This document shows positions 1 to 9,423 of a DNA stretch of 64,000 nt, piece after piece. Under the pieces are notes generated by a model, which had not been told where the DNA came from, searched no databases, and was given only the letters and a program-made list of their open reading frames with translations. The translations under genes were made by a program, and so were the position numbers. Within the stretch, counting starts at the first letter, position 1, and each line of letters starts with the position of its first letter. Origin of the DNA: Candidatus Methylomirabilia bacterium (GTDB taxonomy: Bacteria; Methylomirabilota; Methylomirabilia; Rokubacteriales; CSP1-6); assembly GCA_041492755.1 (NCBI GenBank), contig JBGPXN010000001.1, forward strand, positions 1 to 64,000, given 5' to 3'.

Positions 1-116
1 ACCTCCAGGTTTTGGCGGGTGTCGGGCGCCGGCTGCTCGATGTCCACCCGCTGGGCCATCGCCGGGCTCGCCGCGAGAATCGCCAATGCCGCCGCAACCA
101 TCCATGCCTGCTTCAT
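1..116 (-). CDS. Secreted hypothetical protein, N-terminal part (runs off the window edge)
   Basis: Read by hand: MKQAWMVAAALAILAASPAMA-QRVDIEQP..., a Sec-type signal peptide with AxA site. TAGAAT lies 6 nt upstream of the ATG. Confidence 0.65.
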   Translation of the reverse strand, partial: MKQAWMVAAALAILAASPAMAQRVDIEQPAPDTRQNLE

Positions 117-178
117 GCCGTCATTCTACACCTTACCGGTCAGTGACCGGTGCAGCGGAGCGGGGTGCCAGGGGGACA

Positions 179-1252
179 TCACACCGACGCCGCCCAGACG
201 TCGATCTCGGCGCAGAATTGTGCGACCGTCGCCTCCGGAAGCAGGCTGGCGCGGAACGCGGTCCGGGCGACCGCGGCGATCTCGGCGAACGAAAAGCCCA
301 TCTTGCCGATGAGATCCGCGTATTCGCTGCTGATGTCACACCCGAACAGCAGCGGATCGTCGGAGTTCACCGTGCACGCCACGCCGGCGCTCAGCAGCGC
401 GCGCAACGGGTGCGTCGCGTAGTCCTTCGCGCAGCCCAGCATGATGTTGCTGGTCGGGCAGACGTGGAGCACGACGCCGCGCCGCACGAGCTCCTGGACG
501 AGCTCCGGCTCCTCCACGGCGCGCACGCCATGGGAGATCTGCCCCGCGCCGCACTCGATGACCGCGTCGCGCACGCTCACCGCGCCGCAGATCTCGCCCG
601 CGTGCGCCCGCAGCTTCAGCCCGAGCTCGGCGGCCCGGCGGTAGACGTCGACGAACGCGCGGCTCTCTCCCAGCCGCTCGTCACTCTGCAGGTCGATGCC
701 CGAGAGCCACCCGCGATCGAGCGCGAAGTCCGCGACCTCTTCCAGCACGGCCAGCTCGGTCGCAACGGGCCGGTGCCGCGCGATGCCAAGGATGAGCCGC
801 GCGTCGATCGGATACACCCGCATCGCCCGGTCCCGACCCCGCACGATCGCGGTCCAGGCCTCCTCGCGGCTCAGACCGGTCGCCGTGTAGAGCGGCAGCG
901 ACACGATCATCTCCGCGTAACGCACGTTCTGCCGGGCGAGGTCTTCGGTGACTTCGAAGGCGAGCCGCTCGATCGTGGCCGGCGTCTCTGCCACCGGCCG
1001 CACGTAGTCCCGGAACACCTGGCGGAAGTCCCCGAAGTCCGGAAATCCGCGACCGGGCCGTAGCCACGGCGGCCGTTCTGGAAGCGCGGCGCCGTCGGGA
1101 TGGAGCTCGCGAATCATGCTCCAGCGCGCGGCGCCTTCGAGGTGCAGGTGCATCTCGGCCTTGGGGAGGCGGCGCAACGCCGCCGCCGCCCCTCCCGCGT
1201 CGCGCACGCTACGCCGGCCGGAACTTCCAGGAATAGTTGACGTGCTCCTCAT
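179..1252 (-). CDS. add: Adenosine/adenine deaminase
   Basis: LPKAEMHLHLEG, AHAGE, HGV, VCPTSN and NSDDP motifs. ATGA overlap with the upstream gene; GTG at 1207 is an alternative start. Confidence 0.9.
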   Translation of the reverse strand: MRSTSTIPGSSGRRSVRDAGGAAAALRRLPKAEMHLHLEGAARWSMIRELHPDGAALPERPPWLRPGRGFPDFGDFRQVFRDYVRPVAETPATIERLAFEVTEDLARQNVRYAEMIVSLPLYTATGLSREEAWTAIVRGRDRAMRVYPIDARLILGIARHRPVATELAVLEEVADFALDRGWLSGIDLQSDERLGESRAFVDVYRRAAELGLKLRAHAGEICGAVSVRDAVIECGAGQISHGVRAVEEPELVQELVRRGVVLHVCPTSNIMLGCAKDYATHPLRALLSAGVACTVNSDDPLLFGCDISSEYADLIGKMGFSFAEIAAVARTAFRASLLPEATVAQFCAEIDVWAASV

Positions 1253-1623
1253 CTTGGTGAAGGCGGCGGAAGGTCACTTCGCGGCCCGAAGATGCGCGCC
1301 TTCAGCCGGCCCGGCACCCACACCGCGAGCACCCTCGCGGCCCGCGCGACCTTGTCGAGCGACTCCACGGTGCCAGGCCAGTAGCGAAGCACGAGGCCCC
1401 GGTCGACGTAGTTGAGAATGCCGTCGACGACGACGGCGGCCAGAAGCACGTCGTCGAGATAACCGAGGAACGGGATGAAGTCGGGAATCAGGTCGATCGG
1501 GCTGGCCAGGTAGAGCGCGGCGGCCGCGAGGGCGATCTTTGCGCTCCGGGGCAGCACGGGGTCACCGACGAGCCGCGCGATGAGGCGCGCGAGCTGGGGC
1601 AGCGCCCGCAACAACGCCTTCAT
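1249..1623 (-). CDS. DUF1232/YkvA family membrane protein
   Basis: YLASPIDLIPDFIPFLGYLDD signature. ATG at 1623 overlaps the upstream stop. Confidence 0.9.
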   Translation of the reverse strand: MKALLRALPQLARLIARLVGDPVLPRSAKIALAAAALYLASPIDLIPDFIPFLGYLDDVLLAAVVVDGILNYVDRGLVLRYWPGTVESLDKVARAARVLAVWVPGRLKARIFGPRSDLPPPSPR

Positions 1624-3605
1624 TCCAGGCTTTCGGCCACCAGCTCGCTGACGTCCTTCACTTGCAACGTTTCCTCGGCACCCTTGACCTTGCGTCCGAG
1701 GTCCATCATGGCCAGGCAGAACGGACACGCGGTGCCGACCACGGTGGCCTTCGTCTCCAGCACCTCTTCGGTGCGGATGATGTTCACCCGCTTCTCGGAC
1801 GGCACCTCCATCCACATGTGCCCACCGCCGCCCCCGCAGCAGAGACCGCGCTCGCGGCTCCGGGGTAGCTCCACGAGCCGGAGACCGGGCACCGAGCGGG
1901 CGACGGCGCGCGGCGCCTCCATGATGCCGTTGTAGCGGCCGAGGTAGCAGGAGTCGTGGAAGGCGATGGTGGCGTCGAGCCTCTTGCGCGGCGTGATGCG
2001 CCCGCTCGCGATCAGCTCGTTGATGAGCACCGCGTGGTGGACGACCTCGTACGTCCCGCCGAATTGCGGGAACTCGTTCTTGATGGTGTTGAAGCAGTGC
2101 GGGCAGTGGGCGAGGACCTTCTTGAAGCGGTACTGCTTGAGGTTCTCGATGTTCTCCTGCTGGACGGTCTGGTAGAGGTACTCCTCGCCGAGCCGCCGCG
2201 CGACCTCGGCGTGGCAACGCTCCTCCTGCATGACCGCGAAGCTCACCCCCGCCGCTTTGAGGATCTTCACCACCGAGCGCGCGATGGCCTGGTTGCGCTT
2301 GTCGTAGGCGGCCGAGCAGCCGACCCAGTAGAGGTACTCGACCTCCTTGCCCGGCTCCATGACCGGCACCTCGAGTCCCTCCGCCCACGCCAGCCGTTCC
2401 GCAGGCGGCAGGCCCCAGGGATTGCCCGCGCGCTGGATGTTCTGCAACGACTGGCGCGCGGTGGACGGCAGCGCGCCTTCGGACAGCGTCAGGTACCGCC
2501 GGAGGTCGATGATGGTGTCGACGATGTCGATGAAGGCAGGGCACTCCTGCACGCAGGCCATGCAGGTGGTGCACGCCCAGAGCTCGTCGGCCTTGATGAG
2601 CTCGCCGTGGATGGGGCCCGGCAGCTCGCCGTGCAGGTGACGCTTGAGCTTGACGATGATCTGCTTGGGCGACAGCGCCGTGCCCGCCAGGTAGGCGGGG
2701 CAGGCGGCCTGGCATCGGCCACACTCCACGCAGGCGTCGAAGTCGAGCCGCCGCTTCCAGGAGAACTCTTCCAGCTTGGAGACGCCGAGGCTCTCGGCTT
2801 CCTCGATGTTCTCGATCGGCTTGATCGTCCCCCGCGGCCCCAGCTTGGAGAAGAAGACGTTCAGCGGCGTGGTGATCAGGTGCACGAAGTAGGAGTACGG
2901 GATGATGGCGATGAAGCCGAGAGAGATCGTGGCGTGGAAGAGCCACACGCCGAGATGCGTGGCGCGCAGCGCGCCCTCCGACATCCCGGCCGCGAGCATC
3001 CCCTGACCGAGCCCCCAGCCCACCGGCGACCACCGCGCCCACGCCGGCTGCACGACGGCCAGCCGCGCCGCTTCCATGATGAAGCCGGTCACGTTGATGA
3101 CGAACAGCAGCGCCAGCACGCCCGCGAAGCGCGCGGTCGGGTCCACGCGCCGCGGGCGCAGGACGAACCGTCGCCACCCCGCCATGCCCAGACCGATCAC
3201 GAAGAACAAGCCGAAGAAGTCGAGGACCGTCTCGTACAAGAGGTAGAACGTGCCTTTCAGCAGCTTGTAGCCGAACAGCGGCAGCGTGACGTCATAGTCG
3301 ATGGTGGCGAGCACGGTGCCCATGAACAGCGCGAGGAAGCCCCAGAACATGATCGCGTGCATGACCCCGGGATACGCCTGGGACAGCACGCGGACCTGGC
3401 CGAGCGCATGGACGACGACGAGCTTGATGCGGTCGGGAATCCGGTCGAAGCGATCTTCCGGCAGGCCGGCCCGCCAGAGCCGGATGCGCTGCACCATGCC
3501 GTGGACGAAGATCGTGATCGCGACCACACCACCGATGTAGAGGGCGATCTGGGCCCAGGCAGGGATGTTCCAGAACGTGTCGCGAAATGGGACGGGAGAG
3601 GTCAT
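1620..3605 (-). CDS. Membrane-bound Fe-S oxidoreductase (FadF/HdrD-like: NarI-type TM domain, two 4Fe-4S motifs, two CCG domains)
   Basis: CVECGRCQAACP, CTTCMACVQECP, CPHC, HDSCYLGR, CCGGGGG and ACPFC motifs; N-terminal hydrophobic helices. Start MTSPVP overlaps the meaB stop. Confidence 0.88.
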   Translation of the reverse strand: MTSPVPFRDTFWNIPAWAQIALYIGGVVAITIFVHGMVQRIRLWRAGLPEDRFDRIPDRIKLVVVHALGQVRVLSQAYPGVMHAIMFWGFLALFMGTVLATIDYDVTLPLFGYKLLKGTFYLLYETVLDFFGLFFVIGLGMAGWRRFVLRPRRVDPTARFAGVLALLFVINVTGFIMEAARLAVVQPAWARWSPVGWGLGQGMLAAGMSEGALRATHLGVWLFHATISLGFIAIIPYSYFVHLITTPLNVFFSKLGPRGTIKPIENIEEAESLGVSKLEEFSWKRRLDFDACVECGRCQAACPAYLAGTALSPKQIIVKLKRHLHGELPGPIHGELIKADELWACTTCMACVQECPAFIDIVDTIIDLRRYLTLSEGALPSTARQSLQNIQRAGNPWGLPPAERLAWAEGLEVPVMEPGKEVEYLYWVGCSAAYDKRNQAIARSVVKILKAAGVSFAVMQEERCHAEVARRLGEEYLYQTVQQENIENLKQYRFKKVLAHCPHCFNTIKNEFPQFGGTYEVVHHAVLINELIASGRITPRKRLDATIAFHDSCYLGRYNGIMEAPRAVARSVPGLRLVELPRSRERGLCCGGGGGHMWMEVPSEKRVNIIRTEEVLETKATVVGTACPFCLAMMDLGRKVKGAEETLQVKDVSELVAESLE

Positions 3606-4585
3606 GGGCGCTCCCACGATATCACGTCGAGAATGGACCGAGCCGCCGAGTAGGGATCGACGGCGCCCTCGGCAACGTCGTCGAGCATCGCGTTCAACGC
3701 GCCGGAGCGCAATCGATCTTCCACCGTCGCGGCAAGCTCGTCGGTGAGCAGCGCCTGGAATTCGGCGCGCCGCCGGGCGCGCCGGCGCTCGGCGAGGGCG
3801 CCGCCGGCTTCGAGGGCGGCGCGGTGGCGCCGGATCTCGGCGAGTACCTCCGCCACCCCCACGTTGTTCTGCGCTTCCGCCGACAGCACGGGAATCTCCC
3901 AATCGACGTCACGCCGGCCCCCGCCACCGCTCGTGTACGCGAGATGGACGCCGAACGTCAGCTCGGCCATGAGCGCGGGCGCGCCACTACGGTCGGCCTT
4001 GTTCACGACGAAGACGTCGGCCGCCTCCAGCAACCCGGCCTTCATCGTCTGCACGGCATCGCCCGACTCCGGCACCAGCGTGACGACGGTCGTGTCCGCG
4101 AGCTTCATGACGTCGAGCTCGGTCTGCCCCACCCCGACCGTCTCGACGAGGATCCACGGGAACCCGAACGCGGCGAGCAGCTTGACGACGTTGCCGGTCG
4201 TGCGAGCCAGCCCACCGAACGCGCCGCGCGTGGCCATGCTCCGGATGAAGACGCCCGGGTCCAGGGTGTGCGCCTGCATGCGGATCCGGTCGCCCAGCAC
4301 CGCGCCCCCCGTGAACGGGCTGGAGGGATCGACGGCGACGACGCCCACCGTCGCATTCTCGCCGCGCAGCAACGCGGTGAGACGATCAACGAGCGTGGAC
4401 TTTCCCGCGCCCGGCGGTCCCGTCACCCCGACCACGTAGGCGCCGTGGCCACGCCCATGAATGGCGTGCATGATGGTGGGCACGGCCGGAGTGCGGTTTT
4501 CCACCTGGGTGATCAGACGGGCCAGCGCCAGGCGATCGCCCGCGAGCATCTTTTCGAGGAGTGCCTGGATCCGGGGCTCGGGCAT
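3602..4585 (-). CDS. meaB: Methylmalonyl-CoA mutase-associated GTPase MeaB
   Basis: GPPGAGKST, DPSSPFTGGAVLGDRIRM, ETVGVGQ and VNKAD motifs. Confidence 0.93.
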   Translation of the reverse strand: MPEPRIQALLEKMLAGDRLALARLITQVENRTPAVPTIMHAIHGRGHGAYVVGVTGPPGAGKSTLVDRLTALLRGENATVGVVAVDPSSPFTGGAVLGDRIRMQAHTLDPGVFIRSMATRGAFGGLARTTGNVVKLLAAFGFPWILVETVGVGQTELDVMKLADTTVVTLVPESGDAVQTMKAGLLEAADVFVVNKADRSGAPALMAELTFGVHLAYTSGGGGRRDVDWEIPVLSAEAQNNVGVAEVLAEIRRHRAALEAGGALAERRRARRRAEFQALLTDELAATVEDRLRSGALNAMLDDVAEGAVDPYSAARSILDVISWERP

Positions 4586-4618
4586 GGCCCCAGGATACGG
4601 CGTGGCTACCGCTTTGGG

Positions 4619-5005
4619 CTACGCGCGCGCCTCGTCGGGGTAGCGGCGGTCCGCGGTGGCGACCCGCGCGAGCAGCCGGTCCAGATCGGCGACCCGCACG
4701 GGCTTGGCGAGGTAGTCGTCGGCGCCCAGCCGGTGGGCCTGCACGGCCTCCTCGACGTCGTCCTGCCCGGTCAGCATGATGATGCCGACCGGATGGCGGG
4801 CGCGCTTGAGGGCTCGGAGCACGTCGAGGCCGTCCATCCCCGGCATCCGGATGTCGAGGATGGCGACGTCGACGGCGTCGGCGTTCAGACGCTCGAGCGC
4901 CTCGGGTCCCGAGGCCGCGGTCGCGACCTCGTGGCCCATGCGCCGCAGGCCCTCGGCGATCGCCCCGCGGACGTCGCCGTTGTCATCGACGATGAGCAGC
5001 CGCAT
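4619..5005 (-). CDS. Stand-alone response regulator receiver protein
   Basis: LIVDD, LDIRMPGMDG, MLTG and YLAKP motifs; no output domain. Confidence 0.88.
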   Translation of the reverse strand: MRLLIVDDNGDVRGAIAEGLRRMGHEVATAASGPEALERLNADAVDVAILDIRMPGMDGLDVLRALKRARHPVGIIMLTGQDDVEEAVQAHRLGADDYLAKPVRVADLDRLLARVATADRRYPDEARA

Positions 5006-5022
5006 CGGGACTCTTCACTGCC

Positions 5023-5670
5023 CTACTCGCGCGCGAACGTCAAGTCCGTTTCGATCTCGATGTCGTCGGCCACTTTGAAGAAGAGGATCTGGGGCAGCCG
5101 CATCCCGTGATTGCTGAAGCTGGTGAAGAGGCGCGCGCGCACCTTGATGTTGTCGGCGGCGAACCCGAAGCGCTTCTGCACCTCGAGCTGCTCGGGCGTC
5201 AGCCTGAGCCACGTCACGGTGGCGTCGGCGACGCGCGCCAGCGGCTTCTGCTTCACGGTGAGGATCCCACGCACCTTGGCCCGCATCGCCTGGCCGGCGA
5301 CGAGCGGCTCGCCGATGTGGACGCCGGTGAGCTCGAACGTCACCCAGCGGTTCGCGTCCACGTCGGTCTCGAGGAAGTCTTTCGACCGCATGTCGGCGTC
5401 ACGCCGATCGAGTCCGGTCCGCACGCTGTTCATGTCGACCCGGAGGGTACCCCGCGCGCCGGCCGGCTTCTCCGGATCGACGCTGAGCGTGCCCTGCACG
5501 CCGTGCGCCGTTGCGTGGCCGACCACCGTCTCCAGCGGCGCGTCGCTCTTGAAGGTTGCCCGAGAGTAGTCGGGAAGGAGCTTGAACGCAATCGTCTCCC
5601 CGGCCACGCCCGGTGGAAACGGCGCCCCCGCGACGATCGCGAGCAGGGCCACGACCGCCGCCCGTTTCAT
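5023..5670 (-). CDS. YceI-like periplasmic lipid/polyisoprenoid-binding protein
   Basis: Signal peptide, SVRTGLDRRDADMRSKDFLE motif and beta-rich C-terminus. Confidence 0.8.
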   Translation of the reverse strand: MKRAAVVALLAIVAGAPFPPGVAGETIAFKLLPDYSRATFKSDAPLETVVGHATAHGVQGTLSVDPEKPAGARGTLRVDMNSVRTGLDRRDADMRSKDFLETDVDANRWVTFELTGVHIGEPLVAGQAMRAKVRGILTVKQKPLARVADATVTWLRLTPEQLEVQKRFGFAADNIKVRARLFTSFSNHGMRLPQILFFKVADDIEIETDLTFARE

Positions 5671-5682
5671 CGCTGCGCGAAG

Positions 5683-5715
5683 CCGGCCGGAGGCGACGGC
5701 GCCGCCTCCGGCCGG
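5683..5715. terminator. 13-bp GC stem-loop between the class II cytochrome and YceI genes
   Basis: CCGGCCGGAGGCG-7nt-CGCCTCCGGCCGG. No U tract, so it may be an mRNA stabiliser. Confidence 0.45.
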
Positions 5716-5726
5716 AGAGCAGACGA

Positions 5727-6206
5727 CTAGCCCTGCCGCGGCGGCGGCACCCGGAACGGCGTGTGGCAGGTGCCGCAGGCGTTGCGGCCGAAGTCCTTGA
5801 TCACGGCCTGGGTGGCGACGGCATTCTTCGTATTGGCGGCGTCACGCAGCTTCACCGACTCGGTCTCGAAGTTCTTGGCCGCCGCCTCGAACTCCGGGAA
5901 CTTCTGCCAGACCTCGGGCTTGGCCTTGGACTTCTCGGTGAGGGAGCCCTGGGGGAAGACGCCGGGGATACGCTGCGCGCTGAGGGCCATGGCCTCCGCG
6001 CTGACGGCGACGCCCTCGATGTTGCCAGCTTTGGCCTTGTCCTGAACATCCTTCCAGAGGGCGCCGTGCAGCTTCATAAGCCGCTGCCGCTCAGCCACCA
6101 CGTCACCCGTGGCCCCGGGCCGCTGGGCGACCGGCTGATCGGTGGTGGCGCAGCCCGCAGCCCCGAGGGCGAAGAGCAATCCGAGCGCAAGCTTCGATGC
6201 ACGCAT
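5727..6206 (-). CDS. Class II cytochrome c (c'/c556-like), predicted lipoprotein
   Basis: C-terminal CGTCH, RQRLMK, FPQGS, AKPEVWQ motifs; lipobox-like AAGC; AAGGAG RBS before ATG 6206. Confidence 0.9.
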   Translation of the reverse strand: MRASKLALGLLFALGAAGCATTDQPVAQRPGATGDVVAERQRLMKLHGALWKDVQDKAKAGNIEGVAVSAEAMALSAQRIPGVFPQGSLTEKSKAKPEVWQKFPEFEAAAKNFETESVKLRDAANTKNAVATQAVIKDFGRNACGTCHTPFRVPPPRQG

Positions 6207-6250
6207 GAGGTCGTCTCCTTTTCTGGATGGTTGGAACAGTCGCTGCACGT

Positions 6251-7201
6251 CTACTTCCCGATCCTGTTGCGGACCGGCGGTATCGACTTGAGATACCGGG
6301 CGACCGCCAGCAGGTCGTCCTTGCTCATGTCTCGGTAGCCCGCGCTGCTGCCGTAGATCACCTCCGCCATGAGGCTACCGGCCACGTCGCCATCCGGCTT
6401 GTTGCCGGTGCCAAGGTATTCCGCGATCTCCTCCACCGTCCACGTCAGGCCAGTGGTGGGATCGGGCGTGATATTGGGCACTTCGGTGTTCTCCGGCCCC
6501 TTCGGGTTGCCGGCAAGGAATCGGCTGTTGTCGACCGCCTGGGTCACGCCGCGCGGCGTGTGGCATTCCCCGCAGTGTCCGACGGCGCGCACCAGGTATT
6601 CCCCGCGGGGCAGCCCGCTGGTGGGCGCTGCGGCGGGCGGCGTTTCGCGAGGCGCGAAGGCGGCCAGCCAGGCAGGAAGGAACACGCTCTCGAACAGCGG
6701 AACGGTGATCTTCTTCGGTGTGTTGGCGCGGTTCACGGGCGGAAGCGAACGGAGGTACACGACGAGCACGCGAAGGTCCTCGGCCGCCATCCCGTTGAAG
6801 GACGTGAACGGATGGACCGGAATGATCCGCTCCCCGTTGGGGCGGCGCCCCAGGCGGGTGGCCGTGATGATCTGCTCGTCGGTCCAGCCTCCAATCCCGG
6901 TCTGGCGGTCCGGCGTGATGTTCGTGGCGTAGACGGTCCCGAACGGCGCATCGAGGCGCCGCCCACCGGCGTTGACCGCCTTCTTCGGCTCGGTGGGCTT
7001 GCTCGGCTCGGTGTGGCAGCCGCATCCCCCGGTGGCGCCGAAGACGTACTTCCCCCGGGCCAAGATCTCGGCGTTGCTCGGCGCCGCGGCCGGTCGGGGC
7101 GCCTGGGCCAGGAGCATGGCGGGCACCAAGACGACCGCCAAGGCCCCGACGACCAGGACCAGACCGCCGAGAACGTGCTGGGGACACCGACGCTGAATCA
7201 C
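6251..7201 (-). CDS. Diheme cytochrome c (CycG / gluconate dehydrogenase cytochrome-like)
   Basis: RGKY..GGCGCHT, PFGTVYATNITPD..TGIGGWT, RGEYLV..GHCGECHTPR, PNITPD and GSLMAEV motifs. Start uncertain. Confidence 0.88.
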   Translation of the reverse strand: MIQRRCPQHVLGGLVLVVGALAVVLVPAMLLAQAPRPAAAPSNAEILARGKYVFGATGGCGCHTEPSKPTEPKKAVNAGGRRLDAPFGTVYATNITPDRQTGIGGWTDEQIITATRLGRRPNGERIIPVHPFTSFNGMAAEDLRVLVVYLRSLPPVNRANTPKKITVPLFESVFLPAWLAAFAPRETPPAAAPTSGLPRGEYLVRAVGHCGECHTPRGVTQAVDNSRFLAGNPKGPENTEVPNITPDPTTGLTWTVEEIAEYLGTGNKPDGDVAGSLMAEVIYGSSAGYRDMSKDDLLAVARYLKSIPPVRNRIGK

Positions 7202-7234
7202 GATGGCTTGCCCGGGACTAACTGGCCGGCGGAC

Positions 7235-7726
7235 TTATCGGTTCCCAGTGGAGCTCTTGCTCTGGGAATCCGCCCCGGGGAACGAGGCTTCCATCACCAG
7301 CGCGTCCTCTCCGGTGTCGTAGTAGTAGCCGTGGCGCCGGCCGACCACCCGGAACCCGAACGACTCGTAGAGGGCCCGGGCCTCGTCATTGCTGGGTCTG
7401 ACCTCGAGCACGGCGAGCCGGAGCCGGCGGCGGCGGGCGTCCTCGATGACCCGGCGGAGCAGCGCCCGGCCGATCCCTCGCCGGCGGGCGTCCGGGTGGA
7501 CCGCGACGTTGGTGATGTGGATCTCGTCCGCGATCTCCCACAAACAGAGATAGCCGGTCACGCGGGCGCCCTCGCGCATCACCCAGCAGCGCGCGACCTG
7601 GTTCTGCTCCACCTCGTACAGGAACGCACCCCGCGACCACGGCATCGAGAACGAGACGCGCTCGATGGCGACCACCTGGTCCAGATCTTCCGGGCGCATC
7701 CGCTCAATGAACGGCAAGGGCGCCAT
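7235..7726 (-). CDS. rimI: Ribosomal protein S18 alanine N-acetyltransferase
   Basis: HITNVAV, RRRGIG, LEVRPSN..A..LY..FGF, YY.DTGEDALVM motifs; follows tsaB. Confidence 0.92.
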   Translation of the reverse strand: MAPLPFIERMRPEDLDQVVAIERVSFSMPWSRGAFLYEVEQNQVARCWVMREGARVTGYLCLWEIADEIHITNVAVHPDARRRGIGRALLRRVIEDARRRRLRLAVLEVRPSNDEARALYESFGFRVVGRRHGYYYDTGEDALVMEASFPGADSQSKSSTGNR

Positions 7727-8378
7727 GACGAAGCTCCGCTTCGGATGGTCTCAGGTAGAGAGGCACCAGGTCCGCCGGACGCACTCCTTCGCCGGCGAGC
7801 AGCCGGGCCATCCCGAGCACGCCGACGGTGGCCGGCGATGGCAGCTGGCGCTGCGGCGGCACGCGGCGCACCAGCGGCGAGGCAACGTTGGCGGCCCCGT
7901 CGCCGAGCAGTACGACCGGCTCGGTGAGCCGCGCCGCCAACGCCGCCGGTGAGATGGCAAGATAGTCCCACTCGCGCCGCATCCGCTCGCCGTCCCAGCG
8001 GTAGAGCGACGTGTAGATCTCGCCGCGACGCGCAGCGACGACCGGGCATACCGGGAGCCCCGCGAACGGCAAGCTCTCGGCGAACGCGTCGAGGGTGGGG
8101 ACGGCGGCAATGGGACATCCGAGGGCCAAGGCGAGCCCCTTCACGGTGCTGATGCCGATCCGCAGTCCGGTGAACGACCCGGGACCGACCGCCACCGCGA
8201 GTCCGTCGAGCTGTGTGGGCGTCCAACCGGCATCGCAGAGGAGACGATCGATCGCGGGAAGCAGCCGCTCGGAATGCGTGATCCGCACGTCGAGCAGGTA
8301 CTCGCCGATCACGCGCTCGCCATCGAGGAGCGCGACCCCGCCCGCGAGCGTCGAGGTTTCCACCGCCAGGACACGCAC
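7704..8378 (-). CDS. tsaB: tRNA t6A biosynthesis protein TsaB
   Basis: LAVETST, HSERLLP, GPGSFTGLRIG and PLYLR motifs. Confidence 0.94.
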   Translation of the reverse strand: MRVLAVETSTLAGGVALLDGERVIGEYLLDVRITHSERLLPAIDRLLCDAGWTPTQLDGLAVAVGPGSFTGLRIGISTVKGLALALGCPIAAVPTLDAFAESLPFAGLPVCPVVAARRGEIYTSLYRWDGERMRREWDYLAISPAALAARLTEPVVLLGDGAANVASPLVRRVPPQRQLPSPATVGVLGMARLLAGEGVRPADLVPLYLRPSEAELRHGALAVH

Positions 8379-8468
8379 GCCGTGAGTTTAGCATGCACAA
8401 GGAAGGCCGGTGGCGACCCGCTCCCGCCGCGGGCCGCGCGGCGTGCGATAATGCGGCAGGAGGACGTG

Positions 8469-9152
8469 ATGAGCCCCGCCCCCCGCAAAGATCCTGTCGC
8501 CGTCGAAGCCGAAGTCCACGAGAAGATCCATCTCGAGATCCTGAAACGGACGGGCGCCTATCACGCCAACGACCACGTCCTCCTGCCCTCCGGTCAGCAC
8601 ACCTCCGAGTACATCGAGAAGACCCTGGTCACCACCGAGCCCTCGTTCACCGAGGGCCTGGGCGCGGTCATTGCCAAGCACTTCGCCCAGTGGCCCGTCG
8701 ACGTCGTGGTCTCGACCGGCCCCGGGGCGCTGATCCTGTCGCACTGCGTGGCGCGCGCCCATCCCTCGCGGCCCATCGTCATCTACGGCGCCAAGGGGAT
8801 GTCGGCCGGCAAGCGTCGGGTGAGCCTGCCCGTCGAGTTCCAGCGCCTGCTGCGTCCGAGCACGCGCGCGCTCGTCGTCGAAGACCTCGTGTCGAGTGGC
8901 TCCACGGTCAATCTATTGATCCAGTTGGTGGAGCAGCTCGGGGCCCAGGTCATCGGCGTCGGCTGTCTCTGGCGCCGGACGTCGGTCGATCTCGACGGCC
9001 GCCCGGTCTTCAGCCTCGTGAGCCGTGACTTCCCTACCTATGATCCGGCCGAGTGCCCGCTGTGCCGCAAGGGGATTCCACTGAACGAGGAGTTCGTGCG
9101 CCGCCGTCACCATCGCCGGCCGTCCTCCGTCCAGGAGGCCCGAACCGAGTAA
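8469..9152 (+). CDS. Type I phosphoribosyltransferase, orotate PRT (PyrE)-like
   Basis: LPSGQHTSEY, PRPP loop VVEDLVSSGSTV, C-terminal CPLC; GGAGGA RBS. Confidence 0.75.
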   Translation: MSPAPRKDPVAVEAEVHEKIHLEILKRTGAYHANDHVLLPSGQHTSEYIEKTLVTTEPSFTEGLGAVIAKHFAQWPVDVVVSTGPGALILSHCVARAHPSRPIVIYGAKGMSAGKRRVSLPVEFQRLLRPSTRALVVEDLVSSGSTVNLLIQLVEQLGAQVIGVGCLWRRTSVDLDGRPVFSLVSRDFPTYDPAECPLCRKGIPLNEEFVRRRHHRRPSSVQEARTE

Positions 9153-9163
9153 CTCGAACCGTA

Positions 9164-9408
9164 CTAGCCTGGATTATTCGTGAACGCGCACACCGCGATC
9201 GACCGGGGGACACGGGCGGAGCTGGGGGGATGGGGTCCGGGTGACCCATTTCCCGCCCCGCGAGACGACGACATCGCCGTATGGAATGGGAACGGCTCGC
9301 CGGTGATCGGTACGCCGCCGGCTGTGGTCAGAGGACCCCGTCCCCCCAGCTCCGGCCGTGCTCCCCGGTCGGCGAACGCGTCGGGCGTTCACGAATAGTC
9401 CAGGCTAG
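9164..9408. mobile_element. MITE-like / long inverted-repeat element bounded by CTAG
   Basis: About 83-bp imperfect inverted arms (9164-9246 and 9326-9408), outer 24 bp matching 23/24. No credible ORF; lies between convergent genes. Confidence 0.65.
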
Positions 9409-9423
9409 GCGGCGGGCTCGGGT

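Noticed and set aside
4619..5005. Receiver-only regulator as a deletion stub
   Set aside because: The receiver domain is complete and no remnant of an output domain is visible; single-domain regulators are common.
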